Origin: Tubiluchus corallicola
Lineage: Eukaryota; Animalia; Priapulida
Assembly: GCA_030141605.1 (NCBI GenBank)
Contig: JAQGDQ010000004.1
Span: 372,001-436,000 of the forward strand
Direction of reading: 5' to 3'
Length of the DNA stretch: 64,000 nucleotides
Made by a program: the position numbers and the translations under genes. The notes below the pieces were generated by a model. The model saw only the letters and a list, made by a program, of their open reading frames with translations. It searched no databases and had not been told where the DNA came from. This document shows positions 15,701 through 30,700 of the stretch, piece by piece (position 1 is the stretch's first letter; every line of letters starts with the position of its first letter).

Positions 15701-18700
15701 TAACGCAGACCTTCGTACAGCATGTGAATAAATTTAGCCGTGCAATATGACTTTATTTCAACCCCAAAAATATTTAGGCTCACTACAGTCAATTTTTAAA
15801 TATATATCACGCCCAAAGTCTATGTTTTCTTTTAGTTCTTAACTTTGAAACATATCTATATAATAATATGAGAGCCTGTTTACAGCTGCCAAGTTGGTTT
15901 ACCTTTTATAAAAATTGCACCCAATATATCACTTATTTGGTCAACTATTCCCATATCATAACCGATTTATACCATTCCCATTTTTCACTGAATATAATGT
16001 TTTCAGTTAAAGATAAGGAAACACAAGCATCTGTCATCGCGATGCTTCCGTTGTAATCCGACTCCAACCTCCCGACATCCCAGATAATCACTTATGGTTA
16101 AACTAGCTCTAATAATCAATGATCTTTCCCGTGTTAACATTTGAAGAAGCTTTTGAGCATATAGCGTTTGAAGCTCGCAGAGAAAATTTAGTTCTTCAGA
16201 AACAAATTTTTTCAGTAGTGCTTTATTATTCTCTCAATAGTGCAACTTGTCGCAACTGCAATGCAACACTGCTTAAATTTTCCAATTCTAAATTTTCCAA
16301 GCAAAAATGCTGAAAACTTTGCAAACTCAAGTACTACCCCATTTGCCACAAGCTCTGTCATGCACACAGTCATGCCACTGCATTAATCTTTAAAAATCCT
16401 TAAAATATGAATTAGTGAAATCCTGAAAAGTAAAGTAGAGAAAATTGCTCAAGTTTCATACCATTCCCAGACTCACAAACATCTTATGTGTTGCTTATTT
16501 TTAGGCTTGTCGAAATTTCAACAACAGCGGCGTATGTGTTGACAAATGTCCACCGCTGGAAATATATATTCCACAGGAATATCGTCTGGATAAAAATCCC
16601 AATGGGAAATACACTTACGGTTCAACATGTGTAAAGGAATGTCCATGTATGTATCCAAATAAGTATCTCTTGGTTGTAAACATTGTTGACTGGTTTGAGT
16701 TTCAAAAAAGGTTGAAGACATGACAAACTTTTTAAAAAATGATTTAAATGATGTGAATTGACATTCAAGATGCTAATCTTTAAGTGAATTTGTCTACATA
16801 ACATATTATACAGGATTGCAAAGTTATTACACTTGCGAAAATGCAACTGCAAAGAGTTATTGCGACGTGCTTTTTCTTCTTTGGCCTATTTTGTATAATA
16901 TTATACAATTTTCTGTCTTTTCATTTAGATCATCTACTGAAGGACGAGAGTCATGGTGCCTGCGTAAGAACTTGCAGGCCTGGATATATGGCTGGTCCTG
17001 TCAATAGATGTGTGCCGTGTGATGGCCCCTGCCCTAAAAGTAAGACATTTAATTTTCTATATAATTGTTTCCTGTGTTTTGTCATATATTATTATCACAT
17101 GTTGATATTCCATACATTAATGTTTACTGGCAATATAAAGAATGCTCAAAAGTACTCCAATTTCATTTGCATATTGCCATGCAGGGTACAATTCAAACAG
17201 TTTCGCATCGCAGAATGCCATACAAAGCAAGGATTATCGATACAAAACTGATCTGTGCATTGCAAAGCTGTAAAACGTATACGATGCAAAGTTCGAGATA
17301 AAAGCTTGATTATCTTAATAGTTATTACCTATTCCGGAGGTAAATCCATAAGAAACTCCATCAAAACTTCATGGCGTCATATATAGCTTTTTGCTGACAT
17401 TATTGTATATTGTATTGGTTTGGCTTGATTTAGTCAACTGAATTTCTGATTGGTGCCCAATGATCTAAACGTGTGTTATTAGAGGTGCCTGCCTTTAATG
17501 GTGGAGAACATCGAAAATCGCAATTGCAATATCAAATTGGGAAGAGACAAAAATATCAGCGTTTTTAAGAGACTTGCGACTTGTTATTAGAGGTGCCCTC
17601 CTTTAGAGATTAAGATATTCCAGAATCATAATCGCATTTGTATTACACCTGCAGATAGATGCTAATTTGGATCCTGTATTACTACTTCTCACGCAAAACC
17701 GTAACTTGAATATATGTGAGACTCTGACACTAACCTCTGAAACTTAACCTAACAACAATGGAAACTCACTGCAAAACCCTAACCTAGAAATAATAGAGTA
17801 TGTTGCCTAAAAATGTATTATACGTAATTATTGGCAAATATTGGCTTTCCAGCATACAGATTTAATTTTGTTAACTTGCCAGTTTTAAAATAAAAAATTC
17901 TATACAGAATTTTCACCTGTGCTCCTATTGGAATTTTTACCAATTTTTGTTAGTTTACATCATAATAAATTTCTGTTTAAGCTAAAAGAAATGCTTAGTT
18001 AAGTTTTTTCTTGCTTACAAAATAAGTTTTGCAACTGATGGGAAAATTTTGTTAGGAACTGAGTTAAATCTTGAGTAGGGAAATATAACAAAAATCGGTT
18101 ACACTTGCATTATATACATATTTATTTTGACAAAACACTACCCAGCGGTTTTATCAATTTGCTATACAAAATCAAAACTTTGTAATTGCCATTGTGCTTA
18201 CATAGCTTCGCCTTTGTGCAAACAGTAGCTGCAACTGCTTCAGAAGTACTTTATGAAGGACTTTTTTATTTTGAAATTTTGAAATAGAAGCTTTAAGTTA
18301 GTAAATGAATCTTCCCAGCCTAAAATAGCCTTTATCCTACAACACTTGCATCCCCCAAACTGTTGCTTTTTAGCAATTTGAACTGATATTATGTAATATA
18401 ATTTATATGATAATGATCTGGCGATTGTCTTGAAAAGCACTGTTTTTTTCGATAATTCCTTTATTTCAAATGGTCTCAAGATTAAAGCTTCGCACTTGTT
18501 GCAGTTAAAAGCTCTTTACTGTTGTCAAGTAACTGCAAGAGACGTAAAAAACCAGTCTTGACAATATTGTCTCATTGATTTCTTATTTTGGTTGCACATA
18601 ATGCAAAACCTTTGTCACTATCATAAGCATATTGCCTGAGATTATCTTCCTGTGATGTTCTTTATCTGTCTGCTATTAATTTGTCTACTGTGTTCTAGAC

Positions 18701-21700
18701 CTTTTCTTAGCTTCTGCTTCTACATGTAGCATAAAATTATGCTAATGATTATTTCTCTCAAATATACTTTTTCTATTCCCTGCTGTCAGATGGGTCAGCT
18801 GTTGAAACAAAAATGATAAATACAAGTACGTACGCCATTTTTCTGTCCACTTCATGCTATGCTTGAATTGAAAAATTCGTGTTTAAGGAAATGATGTTTC
18901 TCATTTATTGCACAAACTTTTTGGCACAAATTTAGTACAGGCGAATCCATTTTATCCTAATCCAATGGAAAACATTATTTTATGCTAAATCAATGGAGCT
19001 CAGTAATTGCATAATTAGTTACAAGATCTTGCAGTAAATGAGAAATAATCAATAGCAATAAATGTTTTGAAACTAATCTTTTTTTGTTGCTCCTCTTTTA
19101 TGTGCATTGTGTGCATTTGTCTGCATGAGATCTGCAAAATCTTATATGTTTGGTTTTCTTTTAGTTTTACAAATTATATAAATTTTTATTACATTACTGG
19201 CAAGCTATAATTTTAGCACCTAATGATAGCAACTAGTTTTTAATACTTTTCATCAAGCATTTAATGATTAAAAATGACGTTGTTATTCGTGCAATCTGGG
19301 AAATTTTATAGCAGCTCTTAATAAATTAGCATGCCTTTCAGCTATGTTTGAAACTTAATACAAATCTGATTTGGAAGAAGAAGGACACACGTTAGTGATA
19401 AGTAATTAAATATTTTTAACAGCATATGATTAAAGCATAATAAGTTTTATTGATTTCCTTTTTCTGTGAATAAACTTTTGCTGGAAAAGATATTTTTGTC
19501 CTTTTATAATTTTACACTTTACATTTTTTGCTTTAAAAATTATAAACCTAGACTGTTGTTCTAAATTATTCACTATAAAGCCATCTGTTCAGTGCAGACT
19601 GTTTATTAAAAATAGAAATATCGGCAAACATTGTTAATGGGCATAACTGTGTTGTCTGTTTAATTTACATTAATTATTAGCTGAATTTATTAGAATGTGT
19701 CATTTACGATTGTGTTAATGACCCGCTTAACATAATAGCTAAAAACACAGTACTACAAAACTGCAATTAAACTACAAAGTATTGCATTCAACATAATTTC
19801 GCAATAGTTTCGTGAACAAGTAACAATACATTTCTGTTTGTTTCTTTTTGTTTTTTACTTCAACAATATTTTTGCATGCTCATGTAAGTGTTTTGCATTT
19901 ACAATCTACAACGTGTGTTGAAAAATTCTATGTTGCACTATATATTTTTTCTTTTACAGCTTGCTCTGGTGGACAAGTTAGCTCAACAACCATAAAGAAT
20001 TTTGAAGGATGTACTATTATCGACGGCAACCTGAATATTCTGTCTCATGTCTTTAGAACTTATGTTGAGTATGTATTTTAAGTGTCTACAATAAAAGCAC
20101 CTACTTTCTTGACAAGTACTTATTATAGCCAGGTACAAAGGCACAATTCTTGCCACAATTTTGAATTAATAAACTTCCTCTTGTATGAAGAAAATATGAA
20201 AACAAAGTTGCACACTGTTAAGTTAAAAGTAAAAGAAAATGGAACATTTTTTACTTTAGCTCATTTTATTACATTTTGCTATAAAAATTGTGAAAATTGT
20301 ATCTTGCATTTAAATGTAAGTTAGAAACTTAACAGAGGGCCCAAAAGTTCAGTTAGTAATGGCATCTCCATTGAATACAATTTTTCAATATCAGATTTGT
20401 ACAAGCGAAAATTGCAGTATGGCACAGTTGTGTAACACTAACAGAGGAATATAAAATTAAGCTTCATATTTTTAAAGCTATTATATAATAATGTACTTAT
20501 ATCTGAAAATGTTTTTGTTCGAGTTAGGGGACTAGTCACAACTTAACGCCTTTTTGTTCTTTTACCTGTTTGTCTTCTAAATTATTTTAATTATTGTGGA
20601 TTTTCACTGTTCTTAATTTGAGATATTGAATATTAACATTATTTATGTATTATTTCAGATTTTTTCCTAATGGCACCATAGGTGAGGTAGTTGCTCTGCA
20701 TCCAAATGACCTGAAAGTGTTTGAAACAGTGAAAGAAATCACGGGATTCTTGAACATACAAGGCTCTCACGTCGAGTTGCGCAACTTGTCAGCATTTAGA
20801 AATCTGGAAATAATCCGTGGACGAGTACTATACGGGTAATTATTACTCATCTTGAAGATTCTACTATGCAATAAACGTAATTTTCATAATCATTTCCATG
20901 TGATTTTTTTTTGTAGAAACCGAAAAGGTGTTTCCAGAGAGATATAAAGAGACTAAATTGTATACGTGTCAATATGATTATAATCTCCATATGATCAATT
21001 TATCATACATGTATAAACACCAAATTACTGGAGCAGAATCAATATACAAACTTATTTGCTGTGTCAAAGTTTATTTACATTTCTATGTCAAACGATATTA
21101 TGCTATAGCCTTACAAATGTGCCCACTGATTCTCTGGAAAGCAGGCAAAAAATTATCAAAGTAAAAATGGTGTAATCATTGGTTGTTCAGCAATGACCCT
21201 TGTAGAATAGCTGCTTCCACCAAGTGTCTTCCACCAAACTGTATTTCGGTGAAGTTTCACGAAATGCCTAATTTGTTACTCGCATTGCACACCATAACAA
21301 CCACATAGACATACTAACAATTTTTGTTTCCTTTTTTGATCTGCCTAACTAATTACGTGTAAACAGAGTTTCACTGAATCATCGTGTTTTAATCCTATTT
21401 CTAAATCAATTTTCTACTTGTAAACTAACTGTTGTGTATGACTAGCTATTTGTGTAACTACTGTAATACTTACTCACATTTTCTACTTGTCACTTTTTCT
21501 AAAGAAACAATGGAAATTAATTTAAGTACTTCTTATTTCAGCAATGATAACTAAACTTAGCCATCTACAACCTAACAATTCTTTGAATGTTTTCTAGATT
21601 GTAGTTATAAAGACTCTCTTTCTACTGAATAATTCTTGTTGTTGTCATTGCTGTTGTTATGTATTTGTTGTATTGCATCATGCTTATGTTTGAATGTTGT

Positions 21701-24700
21701 TTAATGCAGGAAGAGCGGACTGAAGGATAGGTGAGCTGAATACACTATTGCCTGCATTGCCCATAACACATTCCCTATGTTATTAGTAAATTGTTTTGTC
21801 TGCTTTTATGTTATACCATTTAATATCTTATTTAGCTTTTAGTTAGTTTTATTAAGACACTTTGAGTTGATTTGGTCACCCTGCTGCACGTGATTTTTGA
21901 AAGTTCGAGTTTTTTCAGTTCAATCATTTATGAGATTTTACTCATAAGTTCTCAAATATTATCATTTTATCAAACCACACAGTACTACCATTAAACTGTT
22001 ATATTTGTCTACCAGGCTTTTACCATTTTGTTTTAGGCTTCTTACAACTGTACGATTTTGTTCTATATTTACTTTGAATTTTAATGAATGAAAAATATAT
22101 TCTCTAGTTCATATACAAAATTATGTGTAACAAACTACATGTAGTGGTTGAAGCTTTTGAACTGTCAAATTTACATTTAAATTTTTATATTGATTTTCTA
22201 CGTCTCAAAATTTATAAAATTGACAGTATTATAGAGCATATTTTTTTGTAAAATTGTAAAATTTAGCAGCCTGACAGCTTTGTGTGATAATTATTTTTGT
22301 TCTCTATTGGTATTATGCCTTCTTGCTGATAGCAAGAAAAGAGTTGAAATATTGAAGCAGTAGCTGTTTCTAAGCAGTTGATTACTAGCGTATAGTTTAT
22401 TGTAAGTTTAGTTTTTGAATGGCTTGTTCGTTAAATTATTGTGAATTTGTGTTAATGTATACTTACTGACCAATAATTTTTGCCATTTCTAGTGACAAGA
22501 TTGCATTAAACCTACAGCAGATCGATCACATCGAGTCACTGGATCTGAAAAGCCTTAAGCACATCCTTAATGGTGGAGTTTTTGTAACAAGAAATCCCAG
22601 ACTGTGTTTTGTGGATAGGATAAACTGGAAGACACTTCTAAATAATCCTGAAAACCAGAAAGTTTCTATTCAGAACAACGGCAATTATACTAGTTGTGGT
22701 AAGCCACTTTTTGTTAATCTTGTTCAGCAATGGGAAACAATGAAACAACTCGCAGAAAAAAACTATTTATTATTTACTCTGCCGTTCTAGAATCAGCATA
22801 TAATACAGCTTAAGACTGTATGGTATGATTATATTTGTAGTACAGTGAGGGTCGTTGAGGATGGGTAGGTATAAGGCATTCATTTTTGTTATCATTATCA
22901 TCCAAAAATGCTGTCTTGTTAAAATGTGATGGTAGATACGTTGACCAGAACTGGGGTTTCTCTTATTTTTTGATGTAGTTGCACATGCTTCTAAATAACT
23001 GTTCGCAATTGTCTTCTTACAATACTTGTATGGTTGTTAGTGATTTTAGAACAAACCATTTTTCTTATTTTTCAATTCTTCTTTGTATTTTACAATATTT
23101 TCTTTGTAATTTGCAATCAACTGTTTATAATTAGTCTATAAGATCTTTCTTGTATTGCACTTAAAACATAAAGTTGATTTTCATTTTTTTCAAGCAAGTA
23201 ACAAAGTTTTAGAGCTATATTGTAATAATAGTTATAACATTTTAATTTGTTATATTAATTGTTACATAATTGTAACAGAGCAAATGATACAATTGTTTTG
23301 GTATTAATAGTTCGAGATGGTATGGTATGCTCAGACGAGTGTTCCAGTGATGGTTGTTGGGGTCCAAATGATAATGATTGCCTGTTTTGCAAAACTTTCC
23401 AGTTGTTAGATCAATGTGTACGAGATTGTACTGTGGAACCAGGGTAAGTATACCTTGACAAACTTAGTAATTGTGGGAATATCTGTATTGCAACACATGC
23501 GCAATAAACGAGTTTGTAGTTGACATGCGTTTCAGTGAAGTATATTCTAATTTTAGTAAGGTTACTTAGTTATGACCTTAAACCTCTATACTATTTTATA
23601 ACGAATCTAGATGCACAAATTACTAAAAAATGTGATGCCGTTTTTGAGACTAATATACCCGTCAAATTATTCATGTTCTAATTGGGTAATTACTAATCAG
23701 AATATAGTTTCCTATTTTTTGTCATTCAAATTTGCAAAATTGTGCAGTTTAGCTATTAACTGGCCCATACAGTAAGTCATAATTCATATGTATTCAAGAT
23801 GAGTCTTTGTTATTCTATTTTATTAGCACATGCTTCATATTTTTTGAGTAATTAAAATTTTTATTGCATTTTATTTGTGTATAGAATTTACCAGTCTGAC
23901 AACAACACGTGTAGCTACTGCCACATGGAATGTAAAGGTACATGCAGCGGTAAGGGACCAGAAGACTGTGAGAAATGTAAAAATGTTAAAGATGGACCAT
24001 ATTGTGTGGCTGAATGTCCAGAAATGAAATATGTGGATACTATTGGTCAGTGCCAGGGTTGCAACGAAATTTGCATTGACGGGTAAGTGATCATTTGGCT
24101 TACAAGTCCATGATTCTTGACTTGAGTTCATATAATAAATGGTTTTACTACTGACAATATTTGTATGATGGCTATTGGCAGTTACTCATTTTGACTATAA
24201 TTTTTCAGAATTTAACTTTTTTCAATGCTAATACTGTTAACTATATAGGCTGTAAGACATCATTTGAAATGTTGTCTAAAATATATTTTTAAAGAATATT
24301 TTTGTGCCATTATAAAAAACTGTTTTCCATTCAAAAACAGATTCTTTGCTGCTCATATGGCTTTTAGTGTTTCCATCCCTACTTCTAGATTTAAAATGTG
24401 GTTTATAAAATGTAATTGTGTTTATGATTGCCACTGCAGATGTTCCGGACCTGGAAACTTTCCTGGTGATGGTGGTTGTATCAGCTGCCACATGGCTGTG
24501 GAAACATCACGGGAAAGTGAATCGGATCGCCGATGGGATTACTGTTTGCCTCATAATTCTAATTGTCCTCGCGGATTCTATTACAGCAGTGTAAGAGAAG
24601 AAGATGATATTCTGTTTGGAAAACCAGTACGTTTTTATCTTAATTCGTATGTATGGTATTAATCTTACATTTGCAACAAATTGATTCAGAGCCTAAGTTT

Positions 24701-27700
24701 ATTATTGTTAAAGAATTTATTTAGTATTTGCACATGTTTGTTTAATTTGTTCCTATTATAACATTTAGACTGATATGTTTTTATATCAATGCATTTTTGT
24801 GGGTATTTATTTATTAAAAGTTGTATAATGCATTTTCAATTGGGTTATCACATCTAAAAGCTAAAATAAAATAATGAAGTGGTCATATTGTTATTTTTAA
24901 ACAATTGTTTTCCTTTAGGTGTGCAAGCAATGCTTTGAACAATGTGCTACATGCGAAAATTCTGGACCATTTTGTCCGGAATGCAAGTACTTTAAGAATG
25001 TGCCTGCTGGAAACTGTGTTGCTGAATGTGACGAGAACACTTACCTCGAGAATAGTACCAACTTCTGCCACCAGTGTCACCGTGAGTGCGATAAAGGTTG
25101 TTATGGACCAACATCGTTAGAATGTAACTCTTGCAGAGCATTACGAGTCTATTATGACGAAGAAGAGAAACTGTTTAATTGCACAGGTGAATGTCCCCCA
25201 GAGTATCCATTCCAAACTCAGCGCGAGGGCATCGATAATTTCATCTGTGTTGCTACAAAACCTCGATCGTAAGTATAAGAAATTTCTTTTTTATTATCTT
25301 TTTATGTTATCATCATCTAACAATGCATTGAGCTTCCTTTCATATTTTAAACATTCCTGTTCCACTAAGATAGACTTCTAAGGTACAATTTTCACTAATT
25401 CCTAGAATCCAAGAATTTAGCACCACAAATTTCTTTTTTGCATATCTTATTTTTTATATTTTTTATTTTATTTTTTATTATTTTGCCTCAGTATTTGTTT
25501 TTATGACATACTTTTAACTGCTTTACGTATTTTTATATTATTTAATTTATGTAATTGTCAACTTTGCTTTTATGCATTACAGAATGAGGATTGGTGTGAT
25601 CATTGGAACTGCTCTGGCATGTGCAGCAGTGATTGGTGTCATTGTAATCATCATCATATACCAGTGTCGCAAGAAGGCACAAGCCGAGGAAAACACAATG
25701 AAAATGACCCTCCGTATGACTGGAATTGATGATAGTGAACCGCTGACTCCCACAAATGCTCGTCCAAACATTTCTCGACTTCGCATCATCAAAGAGTTGG
25801 AACTTCGCAAGGGAGGTATACTCGGCTATGGGGCATTTGGCACTGTTTATAAAGGAGTGTGGATTCCAGAAGGAGAAGAAGTAAAGATACCTGTGGCTAT
25901 CAAGGTTTTGAGAGAGGGGACTAGTCCTGATTCTAACAAAGAAATGGTAGAGGTATGCATATTAATATGCTTTTGCTTTTACTGGAGGAGCTGAAGCTAG
26001 CTAAAAAAAAAGTTTGTTTTTAAATGAGCAGTAAAACAAGATTTCTGTGTTTAAGTGAGCATAAAATATCAAATCCGTTAACATATTTTACTAATCCATT
26101 GCTTTTCATTAGAAACTGATATTTCAAATTTTGTGTAGTTTGTACTTTGCACCACTAAAACTATTCTCTCCAGTGAAATAAGACATATTTAGCAGTAACA
26201 AAAGCTACCCACAAAGAAAGGTTACATTATAGAGCAGTATCCAAAAGTGTTTCTGTCCCTCAGAAGTTTCAAAAAAATCAAGCATCTAAGTGACATTTTT
26301 AGGGCTTCTTAAACTTTAGTTGTGAATAATCCTGCAACCACTACATGTACCATGCAAGCCGAGTTGAGTGTTGAAAGATAAAAATTTCCAAATATCAGTA
26401 ATTGACAATTACTATATAAAGTGGCAAAAAAACTGCCAAAATGCTCAATCTGAAGACAATCTGATGTTGACCTGTGAAACAGATCTCGCCGTACCAAAAG
26501 TGTTAATAGTTACTTGATATTTGTGTTTTTCAGGAGGCACATGTTATGGCTAGCATGGATCACCCTAACCTAGTGCGATTACTCGGCGTATGCATGACTT
26601 CTCAGATGACCCTTGTAACACCACTCATTCCACTCGGATGTCTCCTTGATTATGTACGCAAGAACAAGGATAAAATCGGATCACGGCCTTTGCTGAACTG
26701 GTGTACACAAATAGCTAAAGGAATGAAGTATTTGGAAGAAAAGAGACTAGTTCATAGAGACTTAGCAGCGAGAAATGTGTTGGGTAACTCTTTTGAAATG
26801 TTTACTTCATGTACGAATAGCTTGGACATTGTGTATCTACGTAGAATATTTGACATCAGCTGAATCAGTTAAATTTTTTTACAGTATTATAATTACAAAA
26901 GTCTTATAAATCCTAATTTATAATATTTTTACAGTACAAAACTCTAATCTGGTGAAAATTACTGATTTCGGTTTGGCAAAACTTCTTGATATCAATGAAG
27001 AAGAGTACAAAGCAGCAGGTGGAAAGGTACTTTAGTTTGTTCTTTCTCAGAACTATGGTATTGTGTTCATTGTCAATAAAGGCAATGTGTTTGTTTTCTA
27101 TTCTATCGAATAGAATTGATGACAACATCTTAGGTAATAAAAAAATAAAGTGTAACAACAATAAGTGAACAAACATGATATGCTTCACTACCTGGTTTCA
27201 TCAGACATGTGCAGCACATATTTATGAATAAAGTACAAATATTTATATTAAATGGTTTTGTTTTTGCAAACTTAATCAAGATCTTGCGTAAAAAAACTGG
27301 TGAATGTAAATGCACTAATGATTGCAAACCTTTTATAGATGCCCATTAAATGGATGGCTTTAGAATGTATTCAGCACAGAGTCTTTACTCACAAGAGCGA
27401 TGTTTGGAGTTACGGAGTTACAATATGGGAGCTCTTCACATATGGAGAACGTCCTTATGAGAGTATTTCTGCTCGTGATGTGCCCGACTTGTTAGAGAAA
27501 GGCGAACGATTGCCCCAGCCGACAATGTGTACTATAGATGTATACATGATCATGATAAAATGTAAAAAAATATCAAAATTTATAATTTATAGTTTATATT
27601 AAGTAAGTCTTAAATTGCAATTTGTTTAAAGCTTTTGATATGTAATTTACTGTCTTTTGTGAAATTGTGATTTTTTTCTATTGATTCATCATTTATCTAT

Positions 27701-30700
27701 TTAACAGAGTAAATTGCTCAAATATCAGTGTAGTGCTAAATTCCATATTTTATAATTACATTTTTTCAGGTTGGATGCTCGATGCTGAAAGTCGACCTAC
27801 ATTTTCAGAATTGGCGCAAGAGTTCGCTAAAATGGCACGTGATCCCGGGCGTTATCTAGTCGTGAAAGGTGATGAACTTTTGCGGTTGCCTTCTTACACT
27901 CCGCAAGACAATGATGCCTTCCTGCGTAGTTTGAGTGTGATGGATGATACACCACAGAAGAAAATCGTGGAAGCTGAAGAGTACTTGACGCCATCAGAAG
28001 GGAAAGTCGTCGTTGATATGCCTGACTTTCCACCTCCTGCCACACCAACCACTAGTCCACAACATGTATCATCACCTACAAAGGTAAATTGTTAATAAAT
28101 CTTGTTTACACTCATTATCAAGTTCAGAGTTTTTGTATAATATCAGCAACATTGATAGACATCATCTTTACTTACTAAATATTTAATATTTAACTTATAA
28201 ATCTATTTTCGTATCCTTAGCAAAAAGAACTTAGTGATTTGTTCTTGATGTAATGATATCTGCTAGGGGTATCGTAACACTTATATTAAACCAGCCTAAC
28301 ATACTCGAAGGGGGGCTTATGTAATTCACACGATGGATTAGGCTGCCATGTTATCAGAAACTCGTCAGCCATACATGCATGAGTAACTCAGAAAATTAGT
28401 TATCGTTAAACTTATTCACAAAGTAGGCCTAGTACTTATTTACTGTTAAGTAGTTTTTTGCTTAGTTTAATAAAACATAGATATGTTAAAAGCATCAATT
28501 TTTAATGAGAACACCAATTATTAAAAGGGTTGTGTCAATGTCTAGCAGTTAGTATAGAAGTTAATTTTTCAAGTTCTACATAGTACTACATGAAATGTGA
28601 ATGCTGTACGCTGTAACAATGTAATATTTCTTGATGAGTTATTTGAGCTGCATCTGAAAATAAATCGCATATCTTTTCTTTAAAAGAGAAATTTACATTC
28701 TTAGCTCATGCTCTTAAGTTTGTTAGATCCACTTGTTTGACAAACTGTCTCTTTGAAAGTGAAACTTGGTTAACATTAATCTTTGCATTCACTTGTCTAA
28801 CAAAATTCAATTGATGTTGAAACTGAACTTGTGCTGTGGCTTTTACTTCTACTGAAAATAATAATAGTAATTGTCTCTATCTGCAGCTTTTACCAGTAGC
28901 AGAAGAGGATGGAACAACAGCATCTGGTGGAGTAAACAAACGTCACCGAGACAAAAAATATGAGCATTTAGAAAACAGGTCACCTCGAGCTCGTGGTCGT
29001 GAAGACAGTTTGGCGGGACGGTATTCATCAGATCCCCTTAAAGAATTATCACAGGATCAAACAGGTAGAACTTGCTTACCTTACTAATGTAGAAGGGAGC
29101 TTTTGGTACACGATTCTTAAACGACTTCTATTCAATGCGCAAACTGAACAAATGAAATTTTAGGCATTTGCAATAAGGTAGGAACATAAGTTTGAAAAAA
29201 AACAATAATACATGTATACGAAAATCATAAATACATTTAACAAACATGGTAAATTGATAATAACTAAAATTAGGATATTTTTCTACCGGACACAGTCGAC
29301 TGGAAGATGCCATCTGCTGAGACAGTAAATACAAAAACATGTCTCATACACAGCTAATGGAAACACTTGGTGCTATCCGGCAATCAAACAAACAGCAAGG
29401 CCGATGTACTCGGGATAGTTAAAAAATGGCACTTTGATGCAATAATAATATATAATTAAAGAGAAAATGTGGAACCAATGGCTGACATTCGCATTTTATG
29501 GTTTTGTTTACTGGGTGCTTGTCGCCTCTCAATAAGTGAAAGATTATTAGGCCTAGAAAGTTACTAATTTAGTGTCAAATGTCACTGAATTTTTTTAAAA
29601 AGATATGACAACATTAAAATTGCAAATGAGAATACATGTATTAGTAAACTAATGATTGCTTGGTAATCCTTTTACAGATATTTGCAAAAATAAAACAGCA
29701 TAAATGTTAGACCCGGGTGCAGTTGCCCTTGGAAATGAATAGCCACTTAAGTCATTATAGTCGACAACCTACTTTTGGTGATATACCTTAACATACAACA
29801 ATTACGAGAAAGATTTAAATTTCCTTTACTAAAGTAGATGTAAATACAAATAGATGCTGAAGAAACAGATGATAACGCGTGTAGTTGCTGCAAAAATAGA
29901 TATTCCAATAACTGGTAGAAGGAACATTTTCCATCAATGTGACAGTTACTGCTGCCTTTGTTCAAATGGGTTGCTATTCATGATTAGTAAAAAATAATTA
30001 TTTAATTGTTAGTATAGAATGTTTTGTCCTATATTGTAGAATGCAATTCTTTATATAGTACTGAAGGACCGGAATTTACTATTTTCTTTGTGAGCAGTGA
30101 AATTAGTAAATGAACCTACTACAACTGTGTAATTTTTCAGAATCGGATGTAACTACTGATCCATTTTCCTCAAACCGAAATGTGCCACACTATAACTCCA
30201 ACAAGAGAAGTGATGTCAAGATTCAGCTTCCAGTCGATGAAGACGACTATTTGCTACCGAACAATGCAGCTAAACCACCAGAGGTTGCACCCGAGCCATA
30301 TGTTGATCTCTTAGATGATGAGCCAATAGGTTGGTTATTGTCCTCTGTAAATATGATACCAAGTGTTTCAAATGGTAGTAGTAATTAAAAAATGTAGGAA
30401 ACCTCATAAATATTGACATTCTAGAAGTTTGTCTTTTATAGTAATTTTCGTGAAAATTGTGTATTAGTCAAACTTGTATAAGGTTTATTTACTGATTTGT
30501 GCACATGAACTTTGTTTTAGCAGTGATTGTATAATATAATATGCACAAACGAGAAAGGTGAAACGGGTGAAATTACTTAACCTATTATTGAGATAAATTT
30601 CCAAATATTTCATGTTGCTTCTAAATTGGCTAAATTGCTGCAGTCGTAAGTTGAGCCTCGGATTAAAACCCTGAACAGGACACTTTTAACTTTACTGGCA

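Noticed and set aside
15544-16380. Possible hAT/MITE relic in EGFR intron 5 (G-run after CAAGTGATGTAGC; GTCATGCCACTG end)
   Set aside because: The ends do not form a convincing TIR, there is no TSD, and the peptide similarity is too weak to call without a search.
25261-25582. Intron 14 retention would stop right before the TM exon, giving a soluble EGFR ectodomain
   Set aside because: Any phase-2 GTAA donor creates such a stop; no AATAAA seen in the intron and no transcript evidence.
27555-27610. Weak donor GTAAAA after kinase exon 18, with a stronger GTAAGT at 27603
   Set aside because: Only the weak donor preserves the conserved IKCWM motif; the other lies after a stop. No evidence of use.
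29708-29722. TAGACCCGGGTGCAG resembles the Academ terminus TAGACCGGGTGCAC
   Set aside because: Only about 15 bp; I found no partner end or further TIR similarity.
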